Origin: Eledone cirrhosa
Lineage: Eukaryota
Direction of reading: 5' to 3'
DNA: 64,000 bases
Assembly: GCA_964016885.1 (NCBI GenBank)
Contig: OZ024745.1
Location: 63,922,001 to 63,986,000 of the forward strand
Both the position numbers and the translations under genes were made by a program. A model generated the notes under the pieces. It saw only the letters and a program-made list of their open reading frames with translations. It was not told the origin of the DNA and ran no database searches. Positions within the stretch are counted from its first letter, which is position 1; every line of letters starts with the position of its first letter. Below, piece after piece: positions 26,601 to 42,799 of the stretch.

Positions 26601-28399
26601 TTACATAAATAATATATATTTTTCTATGCCGATAAGTTGTGATTTGAATATTTAGCAGGTTGAGTGGTGATGTATACGGCGCTTCATTGACTTTAGTTTA
26701 ATACTAATTTACATTATTTTCAATGGTGACAATTATGTAGGAAATAGATTGTGGGAATTTTTGTTGGTGTGTGGGACGATATTATGTTCTAATTGTATTG
26801 TAGAGTTGCGTCACTTTTAAGTAAGGTTAATTGTGATGAATCAGTTCTAGGGCGTCGATTATGTGATAGTTGCAGTAACTTAAAATGAGGTTAATGTAAA
26901 GTTTAGTTAATTTAATGTACAGTTAATATAAAGTAGATGTTGTTTTGGTTTTGTTATATAATTCGCCAAATGTTGTTTAGCGTTTGTGTTGTACATAAAG
27001 TACATTGTATAACTTAAGCTATTGAATTGAAAATATATTGCTTCATATGTGTAGTGAGTATTGATAAACTGTGCTCCGCGTTTATTATCAGGACCGGGTT
27101 ACTTTTCTTTCCCATCAATATCGTGTTTATTTCAATTTCGACATCCGTGAACTTTGACAGTGGAATATGTTGATCAAAAAAGATAACTATATCTATTATA
27201 TATCTCTTACTCATCCTTGATAAATTATATATGGACACGACGTCCTGATCACTGTAGATGTATTCAGTAGATATATTGTGATTTTGTAAACGCGGGGAAG
27301 CCAATAAATTATATGGTTTTATTGTATCACTATACTCGTTGCACAGTGTATACTTGAGACAGTCCCTTGATTATGTTATTTTGTGATTAGAGTTTGATTT
27401 GATATTTATGGCTAGGTATTGATTCTATGCAGCTAAAATCAGAGCTGTTTCTCTTTTGAGTATAGAACGCTTCAGACATTGTAGCCTTTAACTACGACTT
27501 ACTTTACTTCTGGTTATTGCATTGTTTTGTTAAGTATATTTTGAATTCTATTTTGATTTTGACGGACGCTTCTGTTATTTTGTCCTTATCAATTTTTTTT
27601 CGATGCTGCTATACATTATTATTTCCTTATATACCAAACGGGGAAAAGCCTTTTTGTTTTCTTCATGATCCTTTATTACAATAATCAGTTTGAGGTTTCT
27701 TGCTTTTAAGTTTTTTACTATCCTTATTAGTGTTACATCGATTATTTAAGTGTGAGGTGATGGTGGGGAATTAATGTATCAGACAAACTAAAGAAATTAA
27801 AAAATAAACAGTGTTAAGCGTGTTCAGTTAATATATAGAATACATTTAAATGCACAATTAATATAATAGGCATTAATAACCAAGCTTGCCCAATCCTATT
27901 TATAATATTCGCAACTGGATGATAAGGGAATTCATAAAACTAGATTGAAAAAAAAATGGAAATTTTTAAATACATAATTTCAAACGCCTACGCAGGAAAT
28001 TATATATTCTAATAAGAAATTCTAAATAAAATATTTGTTGTAAGACACCCGAAATACATCGTAACAATAAAGATAAACTAATACAACTAGATACAAATTA
28101 TTAACAAACTTTAAAATTATTTTCATTTCCATGTAACCAGAAAAATATAAACAAGGCAGAAAATGATGGAAAAACAACAAAACAAATAATTTTAAAAATC
28201 TGAAATCCAAATTCAAAATAGAATTTTAAAATGTCATACTTAGATGTAGGAAAAAAATTCTTAGATGTTCAATATCCGAGATGAGTGAGTCGAATGAAAG
28301 TCGCAGGTGAAAATATAAACACTCATCACACTTTAGGAACGATCAAAAACATCATTCAGTCATACGAACAAGCCCCAATACAATATACATATAACGAAT

Positions 28400-28700
28400 A
28401 CAGACATGATCACGCGGCGACGTTGATATTTGAAAAGATAAAAGGCAGAGTCGACCATAGAGGATCATTTGAAATCAGAATGTAAAGGAGTGCAAGTACA
28501 TACCCTAAGCCATTATCCTAATCTTAATATTATTACTACGCTGATTAAGGAAGGCGATAGATTGGCAGAATCGGTACAGTGTCGGAAGAAAAGACGTGCT
28601 GCATTTAGTTACGTCTCAGATCCGAGTTCAAATCTCATTGGAGTTAACTTCAAATATTGTTCTTCTGGGATCAATAAAATATATACCTGTCAAATATTGC
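28400..28700. mobile_element. Two old diverged SINEs head-to-head (minus ~28400-28530, plus ~28551-28700)
   Basis: AAGGCAGAGTCGACC on the left; ATTGGCAGAATCGGTAC...GAGTTCAAATC on the right. Confidence 0.5.
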
Positions 28701-28877
28701 CATATGTATAATCTTATACTAGAAATAAATATATATCATATTTAATATATGACCCTGTGTGAGTAGAATCGACCGCAATAAATGTCTAGTACTTACTTTA
28801 ACCATCTCGGGAGGTTGACTTGTAAAGTTGGACCTGATTAGATTCGAACAACACACGCACACACACACACACAAATA

Positions 28878-28911
<34 letters not shown>

Positions 28912-28915
<4 letters not shown>

Positions 28916-29600
28916 TTCGTCTCTCAAAAAAGGTGACTGATATAATCTTGTGGAAATATTACACACCTGATGGGGGGGGGGGGGGCTCAATTGCAAATCC
29001 CCTTCGTAGTTTACACTTTGTGCCTCATCATGCTTAGCCCAACGATCCTTCCATGAAAAATTAAATTTCCCGAATGGCATGATGCACTCTATACCCTCAA
29101 ACGAGTCATAGGAAGTCTAATAAATTAGCAAAATTCCTATCATTACACGGAGAGCATGAACAAGTTGTATCTAATGAGTGGAGGCGTTGTCCTTTTGCTT
29201 CTGCCAGATTTTGCATGGCGCCCAAATCCGGTATCTTTCGCCAAACTATATCACGAAGATTTCGAATGATTTAATGATAGTAATTCTTTGGAATTATTTG
29301 TCCTTCTTGTGCGTATGCGTGATGTACAACACCTCGGTAGTCAACGAAAACAGTATCATCTATATTTTGCTCCACACCTGAGATGTTCTTTTAAGGCCAT
29401 GGTGACTTTGGATGATTCCACTGTGACGACTGAACATTTGTTTCCATGTCGTACTTGTACACATACGTCTTATCACTAATTACAACTGTATTCAGGATCT
29501 TACGATTCCTGTTGGCAGTATCGGACGAAATTAAAATGTGACAAGTGGTACAGCACCTTCCATACTGTCTATCTGACAGTGACTGACGCATCATCTAGCA
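28912..29600 (-). pseudogene. Decayed mariner (Tc1/mariner) transposase
   Basis: ILNTVVISDKTYVYKYDMETNVQSSQWNHPKSP resembles TGDETWVYxYDPETKxQSSQW; then GVVHHAYAQEGQII..YY and DNASTH (HDNAxxH) with stops and frameshifts. Confidence 0.8.
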
Positions 29601-30494
29601 AAGGCAACAAAAATTATGTATGGGCTTGAATGTGGGCTTCTCAACTTTACACCTTTGCCACTCTAACGTCATTGCTTCCTAATAGAAGGAAATGATGTTA
29701 AATATATTTTTGAGAGGGTATAGACATTTAAAACACATCTGTTCACAGTTTGGTATGTTTTCTATGCTTACCATACATTGACCCGAAACGATAAATACCT
29801 TCTCATCTTTCTTCTCGGCGGATATATCTGCACTGCACACACGTTTTTCATATTTTTTGTACATTTATTTTGTCAACCATGAGTTTCTTTCATACATGTT
29901 TCACTTTTTGTTCACTCAGCCTTAAACTCCTACGTATTAACTGTTTCCTTCCTTGTCATTTTGTATCATCTATACATACACCCCACACACACATAAATTC
30001 TTTCACACACACAGGCATGCATACACACACACATATATATGTGTGTGTGTGAATATGTGTATATATATATGTGTGTGTGTGTGTGCGTGTGTCTGTATGT
30101 GCGTGTCTATGTTTGTGGGTGTGTGTGTGTGTGCCTACTTATATCCATAATAAATGCAACCGGATCAGCATATCTAAGTGTAATTTTTATTTTTGTCTTC
30201 AACGCGGTTCGGTGTCTTTGTTATGGAGATGTAAGCTGCAAATTAAGAATTTAAGAATTCAATTCACTCTTATAAGGTGAGTCTGCACGAGTGATCAATT
30301 ATTGTCGTAGCAACAATCAGTATAGTCAATGCATGCAGCAGGTGTCTTCCTTCCTGCAAGTGTGCAACATTCAAACGTAACGTAAATAGCCAGTTCCTGT
30401 TGTTATTGTGTAAGAACATTGGATTTCGTTGTCACTAGACTAAATGCCATGTGATTGTATATACTAGTATGTATATACGCACGCAAATACTCAT

Positions 30495-30610
<116 letters not shown>

Positions 30611-30740
30611 TTGTGTTTGTGTATGTAAATCTTTGTGCTGGAGTGTTTGTATATAGTAGTATATCTAGGGATGTTCTTACACAATGATGTTACAAAAATT
30701 CATGGAAATGACAATGAGAAAGTTGTTTAGGTGCAGAATG

Positions 30741-30776
<36 letters not shown>

Positions 30777-30878
30777 GTATATATGCATGCGCGTCTCTCT
30801 CTCTATCTCTCTCTCGATATATATATATCTATATATATTTATATATACACATATATGTCTGTATATTTATATATATGC

Positions 30879-30929
<51 letters not shown>

Positions 30930-31099
30930 ATTAAATAAATGGAAACTTTATTTATAAAACCATATTTATTCTATTATATATATTTCAAGGGTACCAAAAC
31001 TTTGGTACGCGCTCATCAGATAAAATACAAAGTTTGTTTTATAAATATTGACATGTCTAGGAAGAAGATCTTAACGGTTCAAGTTTTTCCTGGATAGGC

Positions 31100-31236
31100 T
31101 TTCGCTGAAATGTGGCAATTTCATGCAGCAGATGTTAGAGGAGATGTTATGCCTGCGGCGCCTTCGTTTCTTATATATATATATGTATGTATAGTATGTA
31201 TGTATACACATATATGTATACAGACGTACAGTACCA

Positions 31237-31312
<76 letters not shown>

Positions 31313-31822
31313 CATATATGTACGTATCAGTTTCGCGGACGTTTATTATAACGCCCGCTTTGTCCGTTTGTAAGCAAACTGACAGCCTGAATTTATGCAT
31401 GCTACTGTACGTTTGTATACATATATGTATGTACGTATACATACATACTTACATTGAAGTAAGTGCCGTACTAAGAGTGAGAAATGAAATTTCGTTTTCA
31501 TTTTATTACAACTTATCGTTTTCGGTGCGCCTGGCCGACTGAACTCACTCGATATGCAAATTAGGCTGCTCAGCCGTTAATTTTCATAAGGAAAGTATAT
31601 ACTTTCGAACGTTCAACCATCTGGCAGAAGGGTATACGGTGCTGATGATAGCTAAGAAGCTTGAAACTAGTACATCGTTCCTGTGTTGAACAAAAAGATG
31701 ACGTGGTTGCCTTAACACCGTACGGCATAAATTCAAGCTGTCAGTTTGTTTACAAACGGACAAAGCGGGCGTTATAATAAACGTCCGCTAAACTGATACG
31801 TACATATATGTATGTGTACCTG

Positions 31823-31858
<36 letters not shown>

Positions 31859-32070
31859 TGCTACTGTACGTCTGTATACATATATGTATGTACGTATACA
31901 TACATACTTACATTTAAGTAAGTGCCGTACTAAGAGTGAGAAATGAAATTTCGTTTTCATTTTATTACAACTTATATATATATATATATATATATAGAAT
32001 CGAAGGCGCCGCAGGCACAATACCTCCTCTAACACCTGCTTCATGAAATTGCCACATTTCAGCGAATGTC
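31100..32070. mobile_element. Family E composite with nested inversions around an intact minimal hammerhead
   Basis: 31101-31170 inverts 31997-32067; 31315-31390 inverts 31730-31810; 31398-31513 is directly repeated at 31858-31973. Confidence 0.7.
31636..31678 (+). ncRNA. Minimal type I hammerhead ribozyme (family E)
   Basis: ACGGTG-CTGATGA-TAGCTAAGAAGCTT-GAAA-CTAG-TA-CATCGT; 6-bp stem I with one G-U pair, palindromic stem III, GUA site. Confidence 0.8.
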
Positions 32071-32684
32071 TAACCACAGCTATCCACAGAGCTATCCGCA
32101 AAGAAGGACTGAACACACAATTAGCACACATTGAAATATATCAAGGAACGCGCACTATGCCACATTTAAATGAACAATTACAAAATACTATGTGCGAAAT
32201 GGATGCTTGAACAATTATATAATACAAATGATTACAGTTAGCAACTACAAGCAAACATTTCAATTTGCTCATTGATCTATATTCTAAGGTAAATTACGAT
32301 GTCCTTACTGGTTGTGAAATAGCAGCTGTTCTACTAAGAATCTGATAAAATAGTATCGTACTATTTCACTGTTTGTTTGTTTTTTTGTTTTTGTTTTTTT
32401 TTGTTTTTCTTTTGTTTGTTTTTTTACTAAACAAGACTTTCATTGAATCCACCAAGTGAATAAGGATTGGGATTTATTGAGCTTTATACTTTTGTTCCCA
32501 AGAGGTGTGAAAGGTTTTAGTATGACATTCATGGATGTGAATAATATATCTCAAGTTAACCCAAACGTACTATTATGCACACAGAATTGACGCATTGGCT
32601 CAAATATTTTGAATGGAATGCCGATCAGCACAATAATCTATCACAATAGCTATCGAATTTGATGGACAGCACCATTTGAATAAA

Positions 32685-32878
32685 AATAATTGTTTCTACT
32701 TTTGGCACAAGGCCAGCAATTACCCAATACATTACTGGTACTTTATTTTATCGACCCCGTAAGGATGAAAAGCAAAGTTAACCTCGGCGGGATTTGAACT
32801 CAAACCATAAAGGGGCGTAACTCTTTGCTGCAAAGCATAGCGTCAGACCCTCTACCGATACTGCCAATCCACCGCTCC
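32685..32878 (-). mobile_element. Full-length tRNA-derived SINE with target-site duplication
   Basis: TTGAATAAAAATAAT on both sides (32676-32690 and 32881-32895). Confidence 0.9.
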
Positions 32879-33555
32879 AATTGAATAAAAATAATACGTG
32901 TAAATCAGAAAGGGTTAATGGACTAACTTCAAAGTAACCTTTCATCCAGTTGTGTTGGTTCCTTTATTGGTGACCCTAGTTTTTTATTCATAATGATGGG
33001 AGACCAGATGTGTTCCTTATATTCACAAGTAATCTAAATTGGTGGGGACATATGTATTACTCACATTTCATTTCGGAAGAAAGGAGTATGACATACAAAT
33101 TCGATGGAACTGGGATGATTTCTTCTTCGTTTAATGGAGGGCGGCAACTAACTATGATGTATTTATTGAACTTCCAAATGTTATTTTGAAATGAAATTTA
33201 ATTGTTTAATCAAATTTTTGGCAACCTATGGGCTCCCGAATACTTAGCATGTAGAACAATACTGCCTCCTACTAATAGTGTTTTTTTAATTTTATAAATC
33301 CGAAAGTTATCAGTATATTTACAAACATTGAACCATGTTTCTATTTAGAGTGACATTCGCAATGGTAGTTAGTAACTCACAGTGTAAATCATATTCTAAA
33401 AATGGTCAGTTCCTAAAAAAGTGTCTTTTTGTGAAGATCATTTAATCATCAATATATCCTCATCAACAACGTCAACTGTTGCCGAACAATTGGAAATTTT
33501 GCTCTCATCTCAGATATATGTGTGTGTTTGTGTGTGAGTGTAAGTGTGTGTGTAT

Positions 33556-33650
<95 letters not shown>

Positions 33651-34513
33651 AAAGAATGGATGATTTAAAAAAATATATATTTCTAATAAGGAAACAGTAG
33701 AAAAAGGTTTGAACTGCGAAACGTTAGCAGTTCCTACGGACATATACAATGTTCTGTTTTTCGCTAGCAAAATAAGACAAGCTGTATATATTGAATATTG
33801 AAAGCATTAATTAGTATTGCATTGTTTCAAATCTCTGGAATTTTTAAAGTAGAAGCTTCATTAATCTAAAGCAAATACACTTATGTTATGAAAATATTCC
33901 GTCCCCAACTCTATCCTTTTCGTTTTCTTCCTTCACCCTCATTCATGTTAATTTTTCTTCTCCCACATTTTCTCTCTCATTTTCTGGCTACAGCCTCATT
34001 CTAGAATAAAGTGATGGAACACAAATATAGATATGATTCAATGTGAGTCATGGGACTCCATTATTTTATGTATAATATATGTATATAGATTTTTTTCTCC
34101 ATTTGTATGTATGTGTGTGTCCTCGGTAATCTACTGACATATGTATAGATGTCTATATGTGTCTACTTATGCATGTGTGGCCGTTAACTGTTGACATATA
34201 TATAGTGCAGTATTTGTGTTTGCGTGAAGAGTAATTTGACAGATGTATATAGGTCTGTATTGGTGTTTATCAGCAGAGTGTAATCTGTTGACCACCCAGA
34301 TTGCATATTTTACCGTATGCGTAACGTGCAGAAAATCTGTCTTTCTACATCATAAATGTTTCTGTTCTTATTTCCTTTATCGCTTTCACCTCTGTGGCTG
34401 CTGCGTATTATAGATTTCTGCGATTCTTTTCCAGTGCACAATACACACACATACATATAAATATATATGAAAATGTATATATATATGTATATATATGTAT
34501 ATGTTTATATATA

Positions 34514-34568
<55 letters not shown>

Positions 34569-35177
34569 CAGTGGAGTCATTTAGTTTAAATAGTAGAATG
34601 CATTGATGGATGATTAAACGTTAATTATTTCCGTTCATTTAATGATTTACGATTCAAAGTACAACTAAACAGAAAGACGATTGTTTGCTCATTTAAATGA
34701 TGTAATATTGAGCAGGACAATTAGTATTGGCATTATGCAATTATTAACAGTATTAATAAACTTACAAAAATAAACGTCTTGAAACTGAAACAAAAATAGA
34801 GAAAAGAAATTTAATGCTAATATTCGATAATATCTAAAAAATAAAAAAAAAGTCAAATTAATAATTACTATTTAATTATGTCATGCTCAGTTATTTTATG
34901 TTGGGTAAATGTAAAGGTTTATGAGCAGAAGTACGAAAGAAATTTGTCTCATCAGCATAGGATGCCAAAGTTTGATGCTTAGTAACAGCTACTCACTTGC
35001 AGTGAACATCTTCGGAGGTTCTCGAAGGTATTCTGGCAGCCGTCGATCAGGAAGGTTTGATATATTGACTGTTTGTTTACAAAATTAGAAAATTACAATT
35101 GTTTATACTGTAATTTCTATGGACAGAAATATATTTTACAGATTAGTGAGTCTACTGCTAATAATGGTATCTGATTC

Positions 35178-35325
35178 AGGTACAAGGCCAATTAAATCGA
35201 CCTAAGTTTATTGACCTAAGTTTATTGACCCCGTAAGGATGAAAGGCTATGCTAACCTCGGGGGGATTTTAACGCAGACCCTAAAGGGACGTAACTCTAT
35301 GCTGCAAAGCATGTTGTCCAATCCA
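35178..35325 (-). mobile_element. Diverged tRNA-derived SINE
   Basis: GACCCCGTAAGGATGAAAGGC...AACCTCGG...GTAACTCTATGCTGCAAAGCATG. Confidence 0.7.
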
Positions 35326-36059
35326 CATCCAAAGTCTACTACTAATAATGGACATATATAGGGAGAGAAGAGGGCATGGAATTCTGTGTCGTATTCCGCA
35401 TTAAATAACGTATATCTTTCTGTAAAACAGATGTGTTCGTCTTAATTTTGGACGTGTAGGAATTTGATTTTGTTGTCTAGAAACGGTATAATCTCCCACA
35501 TCACTAATCTAAAGGGATCCTGACGGTGTAGCTTATCTGGAGATTTCGTGATTTTTTCCGAATTACATCGACTCAAAACAAACCGCAGCAGTAACACAAG
35601 GGAACAACATTCCTCTACTATGTTTCTTGAATAAAAATAACTAATGTGTATACTATTTGTTTTTCTCTCTACCCCGTTCTTTTGTTCTTAGTCAGAGCCT
35701 GCCAATACCTCTATTTCTATGGAAACTTCTACTTGATGCCAGAATCTGGGGAGAGGATATACTTCCTTTATACTTCTGTCAATAATCGCAAATGTCGATA
35801 TCAAACTGCCATATATGATTCATCTTTTGTGATATTCTTTGAACATCTTTATTCAAAATACATATTTATTATATACTTTTGTCTTTGTTGCATTCTTACT
35901 GTGATAAATACAGAGATCATTGATGCAAATATTCTGAGTTTTTTTGCAGTATTCAATATATATATATATATACGAATACATATAATGTATGTCTTTATGT
36001 ATGTATGCGTGCATGCATGTATGTATGTATCCATGTATGTGTGGATAACATAGTTCTTA

Positions 36060-36250
36060 GGGAGATTCTCTCTGACATAGTGTGTGTACGGCGGTTCCTT
36101 TCATTTACAGGTACAACTTATTTCAACCAGCTGAGTGGACCTGAACAGCGTTAAATATAGTATCTTGCACAAAGATGCAATGCGGCGCTTGAACTCTCGA
36201 CCTTACGATTGGGATCGAAATACCCTTACCACCAGGTCAGAGGCAACGCT
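36060..36250 (-). mobile_element. Second tRNA-derived SINE family (diverged)
   Basis: CCAGCTGAGTGGAC..GAACAGCG...TCTTGC and GAACTCTCGACCTTACGATT; related to 43158-43285. Confidence 0.55.
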
Positions 36251-36528
36251 CCAAACGCATATCACATGCAACAACCACTTCTACTGCAGTACTTAACCTC
36301 GTTGTTTCTGGACTCGGATTGGTCTCACTAGTCATTTCTGGGCATAGAACCGAAGGTCCACTATCCTACATTGAAGTCGTGGACGTCTTCGACGCAGAAG
36401 AATGAACAACATTTATGTATGCATGCATGTATGTATGTGTGCACGTATGTATGTATGTATGTACGTACGTACTTATGCATGTATGTATGTATGTATGTAT
36501 GTATGTATGTATGTATGTATGTATGTAT

Positions 36529-37137
36529 GTCAGGTCACCAGTTGGTGCTACTGGTAACATGTATCCCAGTACAACCTGTCTCATGGTCGGGTCGTTGGCG
36601 ACTAAACTGGCAACCCCACCAAGATTTCTTGATGAGGAGGGTGACTTTGGACATCCTGCAGGACTAAAAACAAAACCTGTCAAAGGGCAAAGGAGCTCTT
36701 AAGAGTCAATGGCCATCCAAAATCACCGGGAGAGATGACCCCTTAGCCTTTGTCAAGGCAGAATTCTAGGAGAAGGAAAACTCTGATATAACACCTGCAA
36801 CCCTGATGGTATCCAATGATGTTGACTTGTTCTTCTTTTTGGTAAATATCATCTTGGTTAAGAGAGTGGGACTGGCTTTGTGCAGTGCCTTTGCTCACTA
36901 TAAAAGCTTCACAGCACAGGCATTGCTTTATATCTGGAGATCTCTCTGCACTTGTCGTCACATGGTACAATGGGCCCAGCACTATGTGTCAATAATTGTC
37001 ACAAGTGTAGTGTTTGTACCAGAGTTTTCAAGTCGCTGGCTGGACTAAAAAGTCACACTCGTTCAGCGCATCGGTAGGGGTTCTCCTACATGGATATAAA
37101 ATAGTGGCCATACTTGAAAACGAGTTGGCAGCCACCA
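36529..37137 (+). mobile_element. Second copy of the ~610-bp RTE-related retroposon, inside (TGTA)n
   Basis: Reverse complement of 14091-14699 with scattered substitutions and identical ends. Confidence 0.7.
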
Positions 37138-37512
37138 TGTATGTATGTATACAATGACTGAAATTTCTCTTCGGGTTACTAAATTTTTCTTTAAACTTCT
37201 ATCCTATTTGTGCAATATATTTCTCCTTACCGTTCGGTATTTTTTTTTTTTTTTCGTTTTTTTTTCCGAACACATTTTTCCGTTGGATCACATTCTGCTA
37301 CCCTTCTCTAATTTATAGTTTCAAGTGTCTATGTTAATACACCATTTTCTCTATTTCTGAACATTGTTCTTCTTGTTTCCTTCTAACATATTTATTTCTT
37401 TTATTTAAACCAATTATTTTGCACGTACCTATCTTATCTTCCATATTTTCTTATAATTATTCTCCTGTAGTGATATTTCTTCTATCTGTTTTATACTTAT
37501 AAGATATATGTG

Positions 37513-38280
<768 letters not shown>

Positions 38281-41200
38281 TTTTATTTTATTTTACGGTT
38301 TAGGAGTTGACGGTTATATTCTTTACGGCTGTTCAAGATTCTGTATTGCTAACGATTTTTGTCCTGTACAATTCTAATCTTTGTTTTTGTATTTGTTTTT
38401 GTTTTACTTAGACAGAAAATTTTAATTAGCATTCTTTATTTGAAAAGACGCTTACAGCAAGTTCTAAATTTAGCTTGATCGGAATTTTGAATGGTGTTAC
38501 ATCGTCCACTCATACGTTGCAAAGTAGAAGATAACGAATCGAGTTTCTGCAAGGTTGCTATTTTGGATACATTCTTTCAGTATGTGAGGTCATGCCAATA
38601 ATCTCTCATCCTATATTTCTGACCCGTTGTCTGATAATGTTTGAGGCATTGATTTAGTTGTATTATAAATATTTCTGCTAGGCTTGGCGTTTCAAGCGAA
38701 AGATAAGTGCAGTAACAGCACCAATATATCAATGTTCAAAGACATTTCAATTCCTTTACATTGTACTTCAATTTTATATATGTTTCTTTATTCTTTATTC
38801 TTATACACATCTTCTATTTTTGTATTTGTTTTAGCTTTGGGGGATACGTATATGCACATTAAAAATGGAGATACCAACAGAATGTGTTTGAAGAGTAGTC
38901 AAATATACATATTTGACAATATGGCACTATAAACATTATTTCGCGATATAATTCTGATCATATACAACATGGCAATACAAACATTATTTCGGAATACGAA
39001 GAGTTTATTTGACACTCATAAGTACTCCCCGTGCCAGTTTGTTTTATTCTTTACACTAAATTATACAGAATATAGAATCAAATGTAGATCAACAATAGTT
39101 GCTGGTTACCTGAATTCACTCTCTAATTATTCTTGTTCCTGCAATCAAACTTAATTCTCAGGATTTCTTGGCCTATTATGAAATAAAAGTCAATAATTTA
39201 AAAATAATTATTGTTCACATTAGTGAATAATTTTATATCGACACATTTCGAAATATATTATGAAAATATAAGATCGATTTACACTGTTAAGCTGAAAGAC
39301 TGAATAAGACTGTGCAGTAGTGAAGAGAGAATCTTAATATATATTGTTTCGTTATTCTGCGTTCTGAGATCCGATTACGCTACGGTTCATTTCTACTATT
39401 ATTAACACAAAGATAAAGTACCAGTAATGCAATGGGTAATTGCTGGCCTTGTGCCTAAAGTAGAAACAATTATTAACACAAACATATTAATAAATATGTA
39501 GATATTTGTGATAATAATTTTTACGAATTACTACTTCAATCACTATAATTATGTCATGAAAAAATACGGCATTGAAACAAAGATATTTACAGGAGCTACA
39601 TGCTCTCAGAAGCACATAAACCTCAACATAATTGCACATATAAATAGAAGCGTTTCAGACAAAGATCAGCAGTAGCTTATAAGTGTTACACGAAAAGAAT
39701 CATGCAAGATAATAGTATTATCGGCGATTACCTTTAGATGCATCTTCAACAAGACAAAGTGACATAAAAACATAACTTGAGGAAACGTTGATAAAAGGAT
39801 TAAAAGACATGGGTTAATCTATAAAAAGAGATATTTGGGGTTAATGAACGGATATAATTTTTCATTCAGCTGAAGCAGATACTGATAACTTATTCCAGAG
39901 AGCCATTCAATATCCGCGAACAGCTGACATGTATGTTGAGCATATTATATCGCATCTGGCAAGAATCTTACTGTCAAACGAATCTATTATGAATGGAAGT
40001 TGTCTAAAGATTAGAAATGTGTTTCTCTTTTAAGTAGCAGTCACGGCGGTGATACAAGCTGGTAGATGTTCATATCCAATCGATCCAGATCAGAATCTAG
40101 GAACATTCTTGTGGACATATCACTCATTTTCGTTAGTGGGAAACTCTAATGATAGGGAACACATGCTGTGAATTCATTAAATTATCGAATCAGAAGAAAA
40201 AACTGAAGAGCCTTATAAACCAGCTCTGACATTTATAAGTGTCTGACAAATAGCTTGATATTTGTTCTAATGTGCCAATATAGACCTGGAAAAATTGCAG
40301 CAGCTCATGAAAGTAATATTTAGATAGAGTATTCATTCGGTTTGTTTATAGGGTGGAATAATGTCGAGTGTTTACATTTAAGGGAGTTGTCTAAACATAC
40401 CACAAATTTGTAATCAGGAAGGTTGCCATATATAGGAATTTTAGGCAGAGATCTAGTTACTATAAGCTGAATATGTCGTTTCCGGTACAGAAGTACAACG
40501 TGACAGGATTGATGTTAAGTTAGAGATTTGATCAGGTTATTTAAAATAGAAGAAATTATACGTTTGTTAAGCTGAAAACACAGGTTGATATCGGTTAGAG
40601 TTAGTGAGAAACTGACGTTGGAGAATACTAAATTGGTAATTAGAAACTGAATGCACTGAAGTGTATTTTCTTCGAATTAATAATGTGGTTTCTGCCAATG
40701 TAAACAATGCAACCATCGTACATCTAGAAAATCTACGTCAAAATAGAGAAATATACAGTGATAATAATGCCAAGAATTAATGAAGAACAAGTTCATTTAA
40801 ATTGCAGCTCATCACTAAGAGAAGTAATTCCTTTCTTTCCGGGCATTTTAGAAGTGTTTTTTGCAGCTCCGTCAAAGCTTTAGGAAAAGTCTGACCAGCA
40901 ATAATTCAATGTGTCCTTCATTAGGTGCAATTAAAGATGGGATCTTAACATTTGCAAAGAAAGTACTCTACGAAATACTTGTAAAATGCCTAGTAGTGTT
41001 TAATTCATCTTTGAGAATGAATTCCAATATTACAAAGATTTCGATGTTACTTCAAAGGCATTAAAAAATGAGCCAATATTGATGATGTTCTCTTTTATCT
41101 TAACATATTGAAACATAAAAAAAATAACTGATTGATCAAATCTTGGAACACATAAAATATGATATAAAAACATCAGAATGTAACAATTTTCAGAGCATTT

Positions 41201-41321
41201 CTTGCAGTCTCATTTATGTTGCTATCGTACGGTGAAACCCAGCTTCATTTTGTCTTTGTATATTCTCAAATCGTAGGTTCATAATCGTGATTTTAAAATA
41301 TTATAATATATTATAATATAG

Positions 41322-41510
41322 GGCGGTAGATTGGCAGTATCGGTAGAGAGTCGGACGCCATGCTTTCCAGCATAGTTACGTCCCTTTACGATCTGAGTTC
41401 AAATCCCGCCGAGGTTGACTTAGCCTTTCATCCTTATGAGGTCGATAAAATAAAGTACCAGTAATACACTGGGTAATTGCTGGCATTGTGCCTAAAGTAG
41501 AAACAATTAT
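41322..41510 (+). mobile_element. Full-length tRNA-derived SINE
   Basis: Complete match to the major family; TTATAATATA on both flanks. Confidence 0.9.
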
Positions 41511-42739
41511 AATATATTACCAACAATTATTTATAATAATCATTTCCATACGCAAATACATTATTGCTTTATAGATAAAAATCGACCGATAAGACAGCGC
41601 CGATTAAACGGCAGTGATTAGTCAACCAATTTGCTTATCGGGGCATCCCTACTATATATGTTTTTATATATTCAGAAGTGAGTAAATTCAAACTGAACAT
41701 TTGACGTTGTTATATCTTTTTGAAGTGTCTGGTTGTTAAAATAAACTCGTAGCGGCTGTTTCTCTAGGTATTTTCAGAGGCAGTCCCTTAAGGGCAATTT
41801 CAGTCATCTCATTACAACACTCAGTTTAGTCACATCTTAATACTTCCAAACTGCATCAGGGGACATACGTGACTACGAGCTTAGTTTATATTTTCCTTCT
41901 TTGTAGCATAGCAACCCTACAGTATACTCTACTTATCTGAACAAACGTGCCGATATAAAATACGGATTGCTCAGTAGTGAAGTGGTAATAACACATTCAA
42001 CAAAGCATACTGAAGAATAAACCTGTACTCTTCATATACATAAGTACACACAACCAGGCGCGCATACATGCACACACGCTCAAACAAATAAATGAACAAA
42101 TATATATGTGTGTGTGTGGAGAGAGAGAGAGTGAGAGAGAGAGAGAGAGAGAGGGGGGAGAAATAAAGAGAGATAGAGAGAGAGAGAGGGGAGAGAGAGA
42201 AAGAAAGAGAGATAGAGAGAGGGAGAGAGAGAAAGAGATATAGGGGAGAGAGAGAGAAAGAACGTATTTCTCAAAGTATGTATGCCGGTGACGTACATGT
42301 TTAATTGATGTATATTGAAGCACACTGAGACACATACTTATATACATACGAGATTATATCTTTCTACATTCTTAACATTTAAATATTGATACACACTTGC
42401 ACTGATTGAACTTTTGATGGTCAATGTGGATGACATGTAATGGTAAGTTAAATCGTTGATACAAAACATTCTTTTTGCGTACACATAGGGATATTCGGCT
42501 CTGTGTGTGTGTGTGTTGCATGTATTACATTTATATATAGATACATATGTATTTATATATACATACATATATATTTATATATGTATATATATATACATAT
42601 ATATATATATACATAAATATATGTGTTTGTGTGTTTGGATATGTAAATGCATGCGAATGTGTGTGTGTGTGTGTGTGTCTGTGTGTGGGGGGGTCTGTGT
42701 GTGTGGGGGGTCTCTGTATGTGTGTGTGTGTGTGTGTGT

Positions 42740-42799
<60 letters not shown>

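Noticed and set aside
27014-27700. Possible LINE zinc-knuckle/endonuclease remnant on the minus strand
   Set aside because: Only vague motif resemblance with key residues missing
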